From assembly GCA_016840425.1 (NCBI GenBank), contig JAEOSI010000019.1, positions 1 through 18,539 of the forward strand: a DNA stretch of 18,539 bases. The letters are read 5' to 3'. Position numbers and translations under genes: made by a program. Source of the DNA: Candidatus Wukongarchaeum yapensis (lineage in GTDB: Archaea > Asgardarchaeota > Wukongarchaeia > Wukongarchaeales > Wukongarchaeaceae). This document shows positions 6,739-15,304 of the stretch, in pieces; within the stretch, counting starts at the first letter, position 1; each line of letters starts with the position of its first letter. Under the pieces are notes generated by a model. That model searched no databases and had not been told where the DNA came from. It worked only from the letters and a program-made list of their open reading frames with translations.

Positions 6739-8148
6739 TTCGTATATTTTGAGTTTCAGCACCGTTTTTACTAATTTTTTATAAGTTAGTTCTTTGCTTG
6801 GAGATATGTGCCCCATGATTGCAACCGTTTTTGTAGTGAGAATTTTCCAAGGTTCAGGAGGCATATGAAAAATCGTACCATATCTTCTCTCATAATATTT
6901 TTCTTTTCCAAAGATCATCGTTGTTGGATAGTGGGTATATTGGTTAATGTAATAACTAGTGATAGAAGGTTTCTGGTTTAAGCTTATGAACTTTAACGTT
7001 TCTTGAAGCGAGGCCTCGTTTTCTCCTGGAAAGCCTAAAATAAGCGCGCATCCGATAGGCAACCCTATTTCTTCTGCTTTTTTAACTGTTTCTTCTGCTC
7101 TTTTGATGTAGTTTTCTGGGTCTCTTGTTTTTCCCATGATTTTCGCCATCCGCTTACTTACTCCGTCAATACCGAAGTCTACTTGGGCAAAATTTAGTTT
7201 TAGATATCTTTCTAAATCTTTATCGGATGTATAGTCAACCCGTGTCTCGCAATAAAATTCATTTTGAGTTCTTTCTTTCTCCAGAAGTTCTAAAAACTTA
7301 TTTTTCCATTCTTTTTTACAGCCAAAAAACGCGTCTGAAAAGTCGATCCTATCTGGCAAATATTCCTTAACTATCTCTCGAAGTATTTTTATCGCTTTTT
7401 TTGGTGAGAGTACTCGCCATTTTTTTGGCAAGTTTCCGCAAAATTTACAACCCTGGGGACATCCTCTGCTAACGATCACAGGGTAGCTTGTTTTACCTTT
7501 ATCTTTCAACGGTTCTGCAAGTCCCCAAAGGTATTCTATAGCGTTCATTTCCTCCTCAGTGAGAGGGGTACTATTTAAAGTGGTTGTGTTTTCTGGTCTT
7601 TTTCCCTTTTTCATTAGCTCATATAGTGCATGTTCTCCTTCTCCCCTGATAACATAATCAAAAACATGATACCTCTTCTTTTCTATCTCCTCTACATATT
7701 CAAAAATTTTTTCAGGAAACTTTATGTTTTCTCCTTTTAAAGTTCTTAGTTCAATGTTTGTTATGTCGTAGAAATTTTTCGGCATCGCTGTTGGGTGTAT
7801 TCCTCCTACAACAATCTTGGTTTCAGGCTTTAGTGCTCGCGTTATAAAACCTACCAATATTGAGGGAATATATGCCAACGTACTGTAACAAGATATTCCT
7901 ATCATGGAGTAGTTATTATTTTCCGTGAGAAGTTTTTCCAGATGATCGATTAAAATCCCTAGTTTTTTTAAAGGCTCATCAATTACAGCTATATTAGAAA
8001 ATTGATCGATTTTTATTTCTATGTCCTTGTAATGGTGTTTCAGGTAGGAGGCTATGTTTATTAATGCTATAGGAAAAAGCACTGGGCCAGTGTTTAAGTC
8101 TCCTCTTACCATCTTTGGAGGCTGTAAAAACAAGATTTTTTCGCTCAT
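6715..8148 (-). CDS. Cobalamin-binding radical SAM enzyme (class B methyltransferase-like)
   Basis: N-terminal B12-binding region (IGISCYS, IVVGGIHPT, DYVIRGEGE), SRGCPQGCKFC (CxxxCxxC), FYCETRVD, LILGFPGE. Confidence 0.92.
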   Translation of the reverse strand: MSEKILFLQPPKMVRGDLNTGPVLFPIALINIASYLKHHYKDIEIKIDQFSNIAVIDEPLKKLGILIDHLEKLLTENNNYSMIGISCYSTLAYIPSILVGFITRALKPETKIVVGGIHPTAMPKNFYDITNIELRTLKGENIKFPEKIFEYVEEIEKKRYHVFDYVIRGEGEHALYELMKKGKRPENTTTLNSTPLTEEEMNAIEYLWGLAEPLKDKGKTSYPVIVSRGCPQGCKFCGNLPKKWRVLSPKKAIKILREIVKEYLPDRIDFSDAFFGCKKEWKNKFLELLEKERTQNEFYCETRVDYTSDKDLERYLKLNFAQVDFGIDGVSKRMAKIMGKTRDPENYIKRAEETVKKAEEIGLPIGCALILGFPGENEASLQETLKFISLNQKPSITSYYINQYTHYPTTMIFGKEKYYERRYGTIFHMPPEPWKILTTKTVAIMGHISPSKELTYKKLVKTVLKLKIYEASNRADR

Positions 8149-8160
8149 GGAAACCGTCCC

Positions 8161-8502
8161 TTATTGCCCTTCTTCCCCCGCATGCACTATTTCTACGACT
8201 TTTTCCATCACTCCCGAAAGGTTTAAAAATTTAAGGATATTGTTTATTCTTTCAAGTTCTTTTCCCGTTATTTTTTCTGCTATTTTCCTTACCTTCTCGA
8301 TGAAAATATCGGAAGATTCCGATGTTTTCCTTATCATTTCAAAGATTTGAGGAAACTCGTTTTCAAAATTTTTTAAAAACGTTTCATATGCCTCTTTTTC
8401 TAAGTTTATGTTCTTATAATCTAATTCTAAAAAATCTATAAGTTCTTTAAAACTTAGACTTTTTGCGTCATATTTGTCCTCTATTTTGATCTTTAAAGGC
8501 AT
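8161..8502 (-). CDS. Hypothetical 113-aa protein, possibly PqqD/RRE-like or winged-helix
   Basis: SD-like GAGGG before the ATG; 12-nt gap to the radical SAM gene. The C-terminal half (QIFEMI…INNILKFLNLSGVME) loosely follows the PqqD helical pattern; the fold call is weak. Confidence 0.65.
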   Translation of the reverse strand: MPLKIKIEDKYDAKSLSFKELIDFLELDYKNINLEKEAYETFLKNFENEFPQIFEMIRKTSESSDIFIEKVRKIAEKITGKELERINNILKFLNLSGVMEKVVEIVHAGEEGQ

Positions 8503-8606
8503 ATATATCCCTCAAAAAATCCGCTAACTTAAAAAAACAGTGTTAAAAGTTAAAAAAAGAAATGAGGAGTTTGTTTTTTCTTGCTTCTTTTGCATTTTTT
8601 AGACCT

Positions 8607-8723
8607 TTAAGGCACGCATGGGTAAAGCGGCTGCGAAGGATTTGCTCTCATTGGGTGTTTTGCCATGGAGTTCACTAAAGAAAGTACCACTAGAGCAGTT
8701 ACAAAGACTTCTTTCTTTACCAC
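8607..8723 (-). CDS. Unannotated 38-aa small ORF MVKKEVFVTALVVLSLVNSMAKHPMRANPSQPLYPCVP
   Basis: GTG start preceded by GGTGAT-TAAA (SD at 8733-8728), nearly the same as the ferredoxin's GGTGAT-TAAAAA-ATG. T-rich tract downstream. Below the track's length cut-off. Confidence 0.45.
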   Translation of the reverse strand: MVKKEVFVTALVVLSLVNSMAKHPMRANPSQPLYPCVP

Positions 8724-8965
8724 TTTAATCACCAAGATTCTATTCTTTTCTCTTGTTTTAAGCCCAAGCTCCCTCAAAATCTCTTTTTTAATTCCTAGTT
8801 TTATAGTTTAAATTTACAATCGCGCTATTCCTTGACAATCTTTTTTCATCCCCTCTCTCTATGTTGAAAATATTCTTTTCCGAATTTATGCTCTCTCCCC
8901 CACTTTAACTTATTTTTTATTTTGGTTTTCTTTTTTCAAAGCCTTAATCGTTCCTAATTTTTTCT

Positions 8966-9441
8966 CTATTTTATGAATTGCCTTAATCTTTCTAGACTTC
9001 TAATTTTATTCTTTTCATCTATTTTTGCTTTTTCAACAGCTCTTTCTAAGATTTTAGCTGTTTTTATCATATCCTTTGTTTTGACTGGGTAAAGCCTTCC
9101 TGATTTAGAGCCAAAAGCAAAGTTAAATTCTGAAGTTCTTGTGGCACTTTTTTGCTAGTTTTTCCCTTTCCTCCTACTAAAATCACACCATGGGTTTCAC
9201 GGTTTAAGGCTTCCCTAAGTGCTGCAGTAATAACAGTTGTTGAACCACTACTATCATATTCATAACCCAAAAGACATGCAAAGGCCTGAAACCAAAAAGG
9301 GTCATTGAAACATTCAAGGAGAAACTTTATTCCAAACTCTTCGGTCAAAACCTTACATGCCGCTCTTGCTAACTTAACCATGGTCAGAAAATATTTTGGG
9401 GCGGGACAACTAACTAACCGAAGATACCTTACCCTTTTCAA
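8966..9441 (-). pseudogene. DUF763-family gene with a large internal deletion and frameshift
   Basis: N-part 9067..9441 has DPFWFQAF…DSSGSTTV…GGKGK. A different frame, 9091..8966, reads YPVKTKDMIKTAKILERAVEKAKIDEKNKIRSLERLRQFIK*, resembling the DUF763 C-terminus. Confidence 0.78.
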
Positions 9442-9596
9442 GTTTTACCCCTTAAACTTAAAATTTTAACCTAATTCTCGCTTAATATTCTTCAAAAATG
9501 TTTTCATTTCCTTAAAAATAAGGCCTTTAATAATTATAAAATAATTTAAAGGTTGGGAATAAAACGTAAAACTAGTCTTACAATACCAATAACTCT

Positions 9597-10868
9597 TTAG
9601 ATTTTGTTTTCATCTATTTTTTCTTTAATTAAGGAAAATATCTTTCTTATTTTTTGATTTTTATTTTCGATCATTATTTGTTCAAGTTTGGGGAAATATG
9701 CCTTTAATATTTTTATGTGATCTGGAGGAATTTTTTCTATTGTAGTAATTGCTTCAAACTTTACTACAGGATCTTTATCCTTTGCCAATTCTAGTAGTAA
9801 TGGTAAACTTTTTTCTAGTGGTTTACCTCCTTTTACTACAACCTCTTTAAGCATTACGACTATTTCTCTTCTTACCTCCTTTGAGGGCTTTCTCCCCATC
9901 TCTAAGAGATAGGGTAAAATTTTTTCCATCGATTTTTTGTTTCTTCTTATTCTAGTTCGTAGAACTTGGCTTACACTATGTCTCTCTTCCCACTCTTTGG
10001 CCTCTATTCTCTCAATTAATGTTGGTATGACCTCCTCTAACACCTCTGTTTCTACTTCTAGAATATCTCCCAAAGCTAAAATAACGTTTTTTCGCACCTC
10101 CACATCCCTATTCTCTAAAAAGCTTATAAAAGTTGAAATAAGTCTTTTTCGAATCCCAGGATCAATTATTTGTGGCCCAACATTCCTTATTATATCACTT
10201 AACGAAATTATTGCGCTCTTAAAAACAGCTTCATCTTCGCTCTTTAAATGTTTCTCTATCTCCTGCACTATTTCAGGAATTGCCTTTACTGCTTTCCTTA
10301 AAGCGAGAGCGCTATATATCCTCACGCTTTCATCATCATCATTTAAAAGCTTCATTAATGTCGGCAAAACCTCTTTCATCTTTTCTGGGCTCCTTTTAAT
10401 TATTTTTCCTAAGGCTATAGCCGCCCCCCTTCTTACAACACTGTCTCCCTTTTCTGTTAGTTCTATTAACGCTGGTAACGCTTCTTTCGCTCCTTCCTCG
10501 TTCACTTCCACCCAATCATCTAAAGAGCGCGAAAAATCAGAATACCATGACTGGGAATACCATCCTCCATCCCTAATCATCCAAATAATCCTTGAAACTT
10601 CATCCTTTAAAATCTCAGGGTAAATATAAAGAATTTCATTTAAACACTCACAGGCATTTTCATGCACTTCCCATTCTTCATCCTTTAAAAGCTTAAAAAT
10701 AATAGGTAGCGCGCTTTCTGCCAAAGTTTTACTTTTAAACACGATTTCTTTCAATTTTACAGCGCTTTTTATTCTTGTTGATTTATCTTTCGCTTTTACT
10801 CCTTCCCGTATTTCTGATAAAAGATTCACACTTATTTCATCACTATCTTTTTTACTTTCCTTTTCCAC
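9597..10868 (-). CDS. HEAT-repeat (alpha-solenoid) protein
   Basis: Repeats such as LLKDEEWEVHENA, DSVVRRGAAIALG, DDESVRIYSALAL, DVEVRKNVILALG, KDPVVKFEAI. Confidence 0.9.
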   Translation of the reverse strand: MEKESKKDSDEISVNLLSEIREGVKAKDKSTRIKSAVKLKEIVFKSKTLAESALPIIFKLLKDEEWEVHENACECLNEILYIYPEILKDEVSRIIWMIRDGGWYSQSWYSDFSRSLDDWVEVNEEGAKEALPALIELTEKGDSVVRRGAAIALGKIIKRSPEKMKEVLPTLMKLLNDDDESVRIYSALALRKAVKAIPEIVQEIEKHLKSEDEAVFKSAIISLSDIIRNVGPQIIDPGIRKRLISTFISFLENRDVEVRKNVILALGDILEVETEVLEEVIPTLIERIEAKEWEERHSVSQVLRTRIRRNKKSMEKILPYLLEMGRKPSKEVRREIVVMLKEVVVKGGKPLEKSLPLLLELAKDKDPVVKFEAITTIEKIPPDHIKILKAYFPKLEQIMIENKNQKIRKIFSLIKEKIDENKI

Positions 10869-10899
10869 TATTTTTAATCCTCCTTGTTTATTTTCTTCC

Positions 10900-11964
10900 T
10901 CATACTGCTGCTATTTCATGACACCTTATACTCCGCACATTAATTTCGTGTATTGTCCTATCGCCAACTTTCTGGACATTTTTGTTAGGGCTGATTGTCC
11001 ACTCTTTAAGCGTCCGAAAAACTTTATGTGCATTATACTTAAAAATACTCATTATCGTTTCAAAAACAGTTTCATGAAGTTCTTCTCTTCCCCTTTCTAC
11101 TATGCTTTTTAAAACTTCTAAAACTTCCCACCAAAATAGCTTGGTCCATGTAGGTTCACTTAAAGTTTTAGCTATAATCCAGTGTGTATAGGGATGGTCT
11201 TCTTTTATCCACTCTTTTAATGCTTTAAAAACTATTCCTGGGTTTTCCCTCCTAACATCACTAAAAAGCAAATTTTGATCTTTTCCTATCGTTTGCAAAC
11301 AATAATAAACACCCTTTCTAACGTATAAACTTTCATCGTGAAGCAGTTGTTTCATAAGCTCCAAAATCGGCTCAGGGTCTTTCCAACCATAGCTTAAAAG
11401 GGCTTGAGTAGACACCCTTCTAATCTTTTCATTTCTGTCTTTTGCCCATGCTTTCATCATGTTAAAGAGTTGCTCAGGATAAGCTTTTCCTATCTCCTCA
11501 TCAAGTACCCTTGCTATAAAATCCCTTACCCTCCAGTCTTCATCCATTGCAAGCTTATACATGTAAGGTATTACTGCTTCAAGGTCTTTTTTTCCTGTTT
11601 CTCCAAGGGCTACACATCCAACACATCGCATCTCAGGCCTACTATTGTTAAGGATGTTTGAAAGGATTTTTTGCCCTTTGCTTTCTTCTTTTTTCATCAA
11701 CATTATCTTACCAATAATTTTTCCTAAAGGATAAAGCACCTCCCTTATCCCTAAACCATCTTCAGGGAAACCGTTTCCTTTTAAAAGAATTTCTAACTCT
11801 TTAAAATTTCCCAAAATTTTCTCTTCATCCCACTCTAAAAAGCCAATTAAGATATGGTTTAAAATATCTTGGATAGGGATCCTTAATCCTTTCCTTTGAT
11901 ACAAATGATCTTCAACTTTTTTTGCCTCTTCTTCTATCCATATATCCTCCATATAATCCTTCAA
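10900..11964 (-). CDS. HEAT-like repeat protein, possibly AlkD/DNA-alkylation-repair-like
   Basis: DEDWRVRDFIA, WAKDRNEKIRRVS, LLHDESLYVRKGV, WTISPNKNVQ repeats. Confidence 0.82.
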   Translation of the reverse strand: MKDYMEDIWIEEEAKKVEDHLYQRKGLRIPIQDILNHILIGFLEWDEEKILGNFKELEILLKGNGFPEDGLGIREVLYPLGKIIGKIMLMKKEESKGQKILSNILNNSRPEMRCVGCVALGETGKKDLEAVIPYMYKLAMDEDWRVRDFIARVLDEEIGKAYPEQLFNMMKAWAKDRNEKIRRVSTQALLSYGWKDPEPILELMKQLLHDESLYVRKGVYYCLQTIGKDQNLLFSDVRRENPGIVFKALKEWIKEDHPYTHWIIAKTLSEPTWTKLFWWEVLEVLKSIVERGREELHETVFETIMSIFKYNAHKVFRTLKEWTISPNKNVQKVGDRTIHEINVRSIRCHEIAAV

Positions 11965-11983
11965 AATTCAACACCTTGAAAAA

Positions 11984-12012
11984 TAGATAAACATAATATG
12001 CCTATTTATCTA
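11984..12012. promoter_or_regulatory. Inverted repeat TAGATAAA-N13-TTTATCTA (candidate operator)
   Basis: Perfect 8-bp arms at 11984-11991 and 12005-12012, with an inner CATA-A-TATG. Lies between a minus-strand BRE/TATA-like GATAAAG-TTTTTTAAAA and the TTG start at 11964. Confidence 0.45.
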
Positions 12013-12156
12013 ATTTTAAAAAACTTTATCTTATCTTCTACCTTACATAATTATTAGCTATATTTTATTAACCAAAATTAATATATTTTAAAATCTTAAT
12101 TTTTCCGTGGAAAGTGCGACTTTTTACGTCTATATTAAGGATCTGGTTGGTGTTTA

Positions 12157-14103
12157 ATGAGTTCTCACGAGGATATGGGTTCCAGAGAGGATTTTTGCCC
12201 TGTTTGTATCCTTGATTTTCCTGAGGAGGTCTTTCCTTTTTGGAAGAAAAAAGGTTTGATTGTTTTAATCTCTTCAGGGATACTTCTTTTCATAGGTTTG
12301 ATGATTGATTTTTTCTTAAAAGAAGAATTTTTAGCGTTGCTTTTCTTTTTTAGCGTTGCTCTAATTTCTGGCCATGAAATAGTGATAAAGGGCATCACAT
12401 CCCTGTTTAATGGGCATGTTACTATAAATTTTCTCATGACTTTGGCCTCTGTTGGCGCCTTCTTAATTGGGCATCCTGAGGAAGGAGCCGCTGTTCTTTT
12501 ACTGTTTTATGGTGCCGAATTTTTAGAAGAATATGCCGCAGAAAAGCAAAAAAAATCGACAGAATCTCTGATAAAACTTGCTCCTGAAACCGCTACTGTG
12601 AAAAAAGACGGTAAGGAGCTTTCAGTACATGTTCACGATGTAAACTCTACGGATATAATTGTCGTGCGTCCTGGTGAAAAAATTCCTTTAGATGGTGTTA
12701 TTATTGAGGGTTATTCAAGCATAAATCAGGCCCCTATTACCGGCGAATCGATTCCTGTAGCTAAAACTGTCGGCGATGAGGTCTATGCGGGAACCCTTAA
12801 TTGTGAAGGTTTTCTCGAGATTTCTGTTAGTAAAAAGTCAGATGAGACAATGCTTTCTAAAATTTCTAAGTTAATTAATGAAGCTCAAATGAGAAAAGCT
12901 CCTGCTGAGCGATTTATAGAGAAGTTTTCTAAATACTATACGCCTATAGTCATATTATTTGCCTTTTTTGTTGCAACGATCCCAGTCTTGCTTTTTGATA
13001 AAGATTTTAAGGATTGGTTCTATAAAGCCCTCATACTCCTTGTGGTTTCTTGCCCTTGTGCTTTGGCTATCTCTATACCCGTATCCATCGTTTCCGGGAT
13101 AACAAATGGCGCAAAAAATGGCGTTTTAATAAAAGGAGGAAGTTACGTTGAAGAATTAAACAAAATAAGAGTGTTTGCTTTTGATAAAACAGGTACTCTT
13201 ACCGAAGGAAAACTGGAACTTACTGATGTTATACCCTTAAATGATTCTTTTTCCAAAGAAGAAACTTTGAAGATTGCAGCCTCTATTGAATTTTTTTCTG
13301 AACATCCGATTGGTAAAGCGATCGTAGAATATGCAGAAGAAAAAGGAATAAAACCCTTTTTTGTTTCCGATTTTAAAGCCTTGCCGGGGAGGGGTATTAT
13401 GGGTGAAATCGATCGAAAATTTTACTATATCGGCAGTAAAAATCTGTTTAAAGAACTATTTATCGATTTCCCGGAGAAACCGGTCGAAACGCTTGAAAAC
13501 CAGGGTAAAACTGTTTTTTTGGTAGGTACAGAAAAAGGCATTTTAGGTGCAATTGCAGTTGTGGATAAAATAAAAAAAGAGAGCATAACCGTTATAAAAG
13601 AGTTAAAAAAACGGGAAATAAAAACAGTTATGATTACAGGGGACGGTGAAAAAACGGCAAAGGCCGTTGCAAAAAAGCTTGATATTGATGAATATTACGC
13701 TGAACTATCCCCGAAAAATAAAGTGGAAACTGTTGAAAAGCTTATTGAGCAGTACGGGTATGTTGCTATGGTTGGCGACGGTGTTAATGATGCCCCTGCC
13801 TTGGCTAAATCAACTGTAGGAATAGCCATGGGGGCTGCTGGAAGTGACATTGCCTTAGAAACCGCCGATGTCGCTTTAATGAAAGACGATTTATTAAAAA
13901 TACCCTATCTCATAGATCTAAGTAAAAAAACGGTCAGAGTGATGAAGCAAAACGTTTCTCTATCCATCTCTATAAAAAGTGCTTTAATATTTCTTGTTTT
14001 TCCAGGGCTTATAACCTTGTGGATGGCTGTGGGAATAGGCGATATGGGATTATCCCTGACAGTCATATTAAACGCTATTAGAATCCAGTTTACCATCCGT
14101 TAA
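12157..14103 (+). CDS. cadA: Heavy-metal-translocating P1B-type ATPase (Zn/Cd/Pb, P1B-2-like)
   Basis: TGES, SCPCAL, FDKTGTLT, SEHP, MITGD, GDGVNDAPAL; late TM helices carry K (SIKS) and D (GDMG) typical of ZntA/CadA. No N-terminal HMA domain. Confidence 0.93.
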   Translation: MSSHEDMGSREDFCPVCILDFPEEVFPFWKKKGLIVLISSGILLFIGLMIDFFLKEEFLALLFFFSVALISGHEIVIKGITSLFNGHVTINFLMTLASVGAFLIGHPEEGAAVLLLFYGAEFLEEYAAEKQKKSTESLIKLAPETATVKKDGKELSVHVHDVNSTDIIVVRPGEKIPLDGVIIEGYSSINQAPITGESIPVAKTVGDEVYAGTLNCEGFLEISVSKKSDETMLSKISKLINEAQMRKAPAERFIEKFSKYYTPIVILFAFFVATIPVLLFDKDFKDWFYKALILLVVSCPCALAISIPVSIVSGITNGAKNGVLIKGGSYVEELNKIRVFAFDKTGTLTEGKLELTDVIPLNDSFSKEETLKIAASIEFFSEHPIGKAIVEYAEEKGIKPFFVSDFKALPGRGIMGEIDRKFYYIGSKNLFKELFIDFPEKPVETLENQGKTVFLVGTEKGILGAIAVVDKIKKESITVIKELKKREIKTVMITGDGEKTAKAVAKKLDIDEYYAELSPKNKVETVEKLIEQYGYVAMVGDGVNDAPALAKSTVGIAMGAAGSDIALETADVALMKDDLLKIPYLIDLSKKTVRVMKQNVSLSISIKSALIFLVFPGLITLWMAVGIGDMGLSLTVILNAIRIQFTIR

Positions 14104-14172
14104 TTAGATTAAACCTAACGCCTATGGTACTACTCAAAAATTAAAAACCTGATTATTTATTTTAAGCCACTT

Positions 14173-14418
14173 TTACCTTATTCTCTCGCTACATATTGGG
14201 CAATAATTTTCAAATCCTACCAACTTATAACCACAATTTGGGCAATATTTCATCCTTTTATTTAGATAGAGTTTTTCATGCTTTCCTCCAAAAATCAAGG
14301 GAAGAAAAAGAAACAGGAAAAGAAAAGGAAATCCCCAAAAAACATAAGCTATAATTGATATAAAAGTGATGATAAGTGATATGAGAACGATTATTTTTCC
14401 ACGCATTAACAAACGCAA
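14173..14418 (-). CDS. Small membrane protein with a C-terminal zinc ribbon
   Basis: Hydrophobic N-terminal segments, then YCPNCG…YCPICS. Confidence 0.8.
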   Translation of the reverse strand: MRLLMRGKIIVLISLIITFISIIAYVFWGFPFLFLFLFLPLIFGGKHEKLYLNKRMKYCPNCGYKLVGFENYCPICSERIR

Positions 14419-14497
14419 GAAGTAAACTCCCCTTTAACGTGAATTTTTAAGGTATGTTTTACTTTCCAAACCTTGTTTTGTTTTCTTTTATAATATT

Positions 14498-15301
14498 TCA
14501 TTTTGCTATCAGTTTGATCAATTTCTTATGTAACTCTTTGCTCCCCGTAGCTAAAACATTTACTATTTTTGTTAAATCTTTATTTATAGGTAACTTTTCT
14601 CCCCTTAAAGTCGTTATGACGCCCCCTGCACATTGGAGTATATATGCTGCAGCAGCATAATCTACTGTTTTCAATCCCCTTGTAAAATCTATAAAACAGT
14701 CCATTGAACCGCTAGCTATATAAGCAACATCCAAAGCAGCAGAACCGCTTATCCTTATAAATTTGCAATTTTTACGTATTTTATCAATTATTTCCATATG
14801 TTCTGACGCGGTTGGTCTTATTAGGGTTATTCCCGCTTCTTTTAACTCTCTATGAACTGTTTTTGTCGACTTTTCGTTATAATACGTTTTTCCCTGATAC
14901 GCAAAAAACTCATCATTGTTTCCTAGGTTATTTATATACCCTGCATAAGGATCTTTTCCTTCCAAATCAGTGTAAAAAGATATAACAAAAGCGTAAAAAG
15001 GATAACCTCTTACTGCGTTTTTTGTACCATCAATGGGATCAATTATGACCAATTCTTCATCTTTCCCAAGTTTTTCTAATCCCTTTTCTTCAGTTAAAAT
15101 CGTGCCATTAAAACCTTCTTTCAAAACGTTTAAGGCTACCTCCTCCGCTATCATATCGATCTGTAAAGTTGCATCTTTATCTGCTCCTATCCCCCATTCT
15201 TCAGAAAGATCCGCTCCCCTTTCTTTAGCTAGCCGAATCCTCTCCTGGATCTGTTCTACTATTTGTCGACATAATTCTAAAGTTTTTACTTTTGAATACA
15301 T
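14498..15301 (-). CDS. suhB: Inositol monophosphatase / FBPase (archaeal bifunctional type)
   Basis: GADKDATLQID, TEE, IIDPIDGTKNA, GSAALD, D-x-AA motifs. Confidence 0.92.
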   Translation of the reverse strand: MYSKVKTLELCRQIVEQIQERIRLAKERGADLSEEWGIGADKDATLQIDMIAEEVALNVLKEGFNGTILTEEKGLEKLGKDEELVIIDPIDGTKNAVRGYPFYAFVISFYTDLEGKDPYAGYINNLGNNDEFFAYQGKTYYNEKSTKTVHRELKEAGITLIRPTASEHMEIIDKIRKNCKFIRISGSAALDVAYIASGSMDCFIDFTRGLKTVDYAAAAYILQCAGGVITTLRGEKLPINKDLTKIVNVLATGSKELHKKLIKLIAK

Positions 15302-15304
15302 GTT

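Noticed and set aside
8660-8716. Resemblance to a fluoride (crcB) riboswitch (ATGGAGTTCAC…GACTTCT)
   Set aside because: The 5' strand of P1 is missing (GCC instead of GTG), spacing is off, and no fluoride-related gene lies downstream on that strand.
8618-8728. Plus-strand 36-aa ORF MGKAAAKDLLSLGVLPW…
   Set aside because: No SD or promoter support; it is antisense to the SD-led 38-aa ORF.
8724-8800. AbrB-like looking stretch (KKEILRELGLK…ILVIKVV) in frame with the 38-aa ORF
   Set aside because: No convincing start after the upstream TAA and the similarity is too weak; a decayed gene cannot be excluded.
15178-15186. 9-nt match (TATCTGCTC) to the predicted TnpB guide inside suhB
   Set aside because: Too short; expected by chance, with no TAM evidence.
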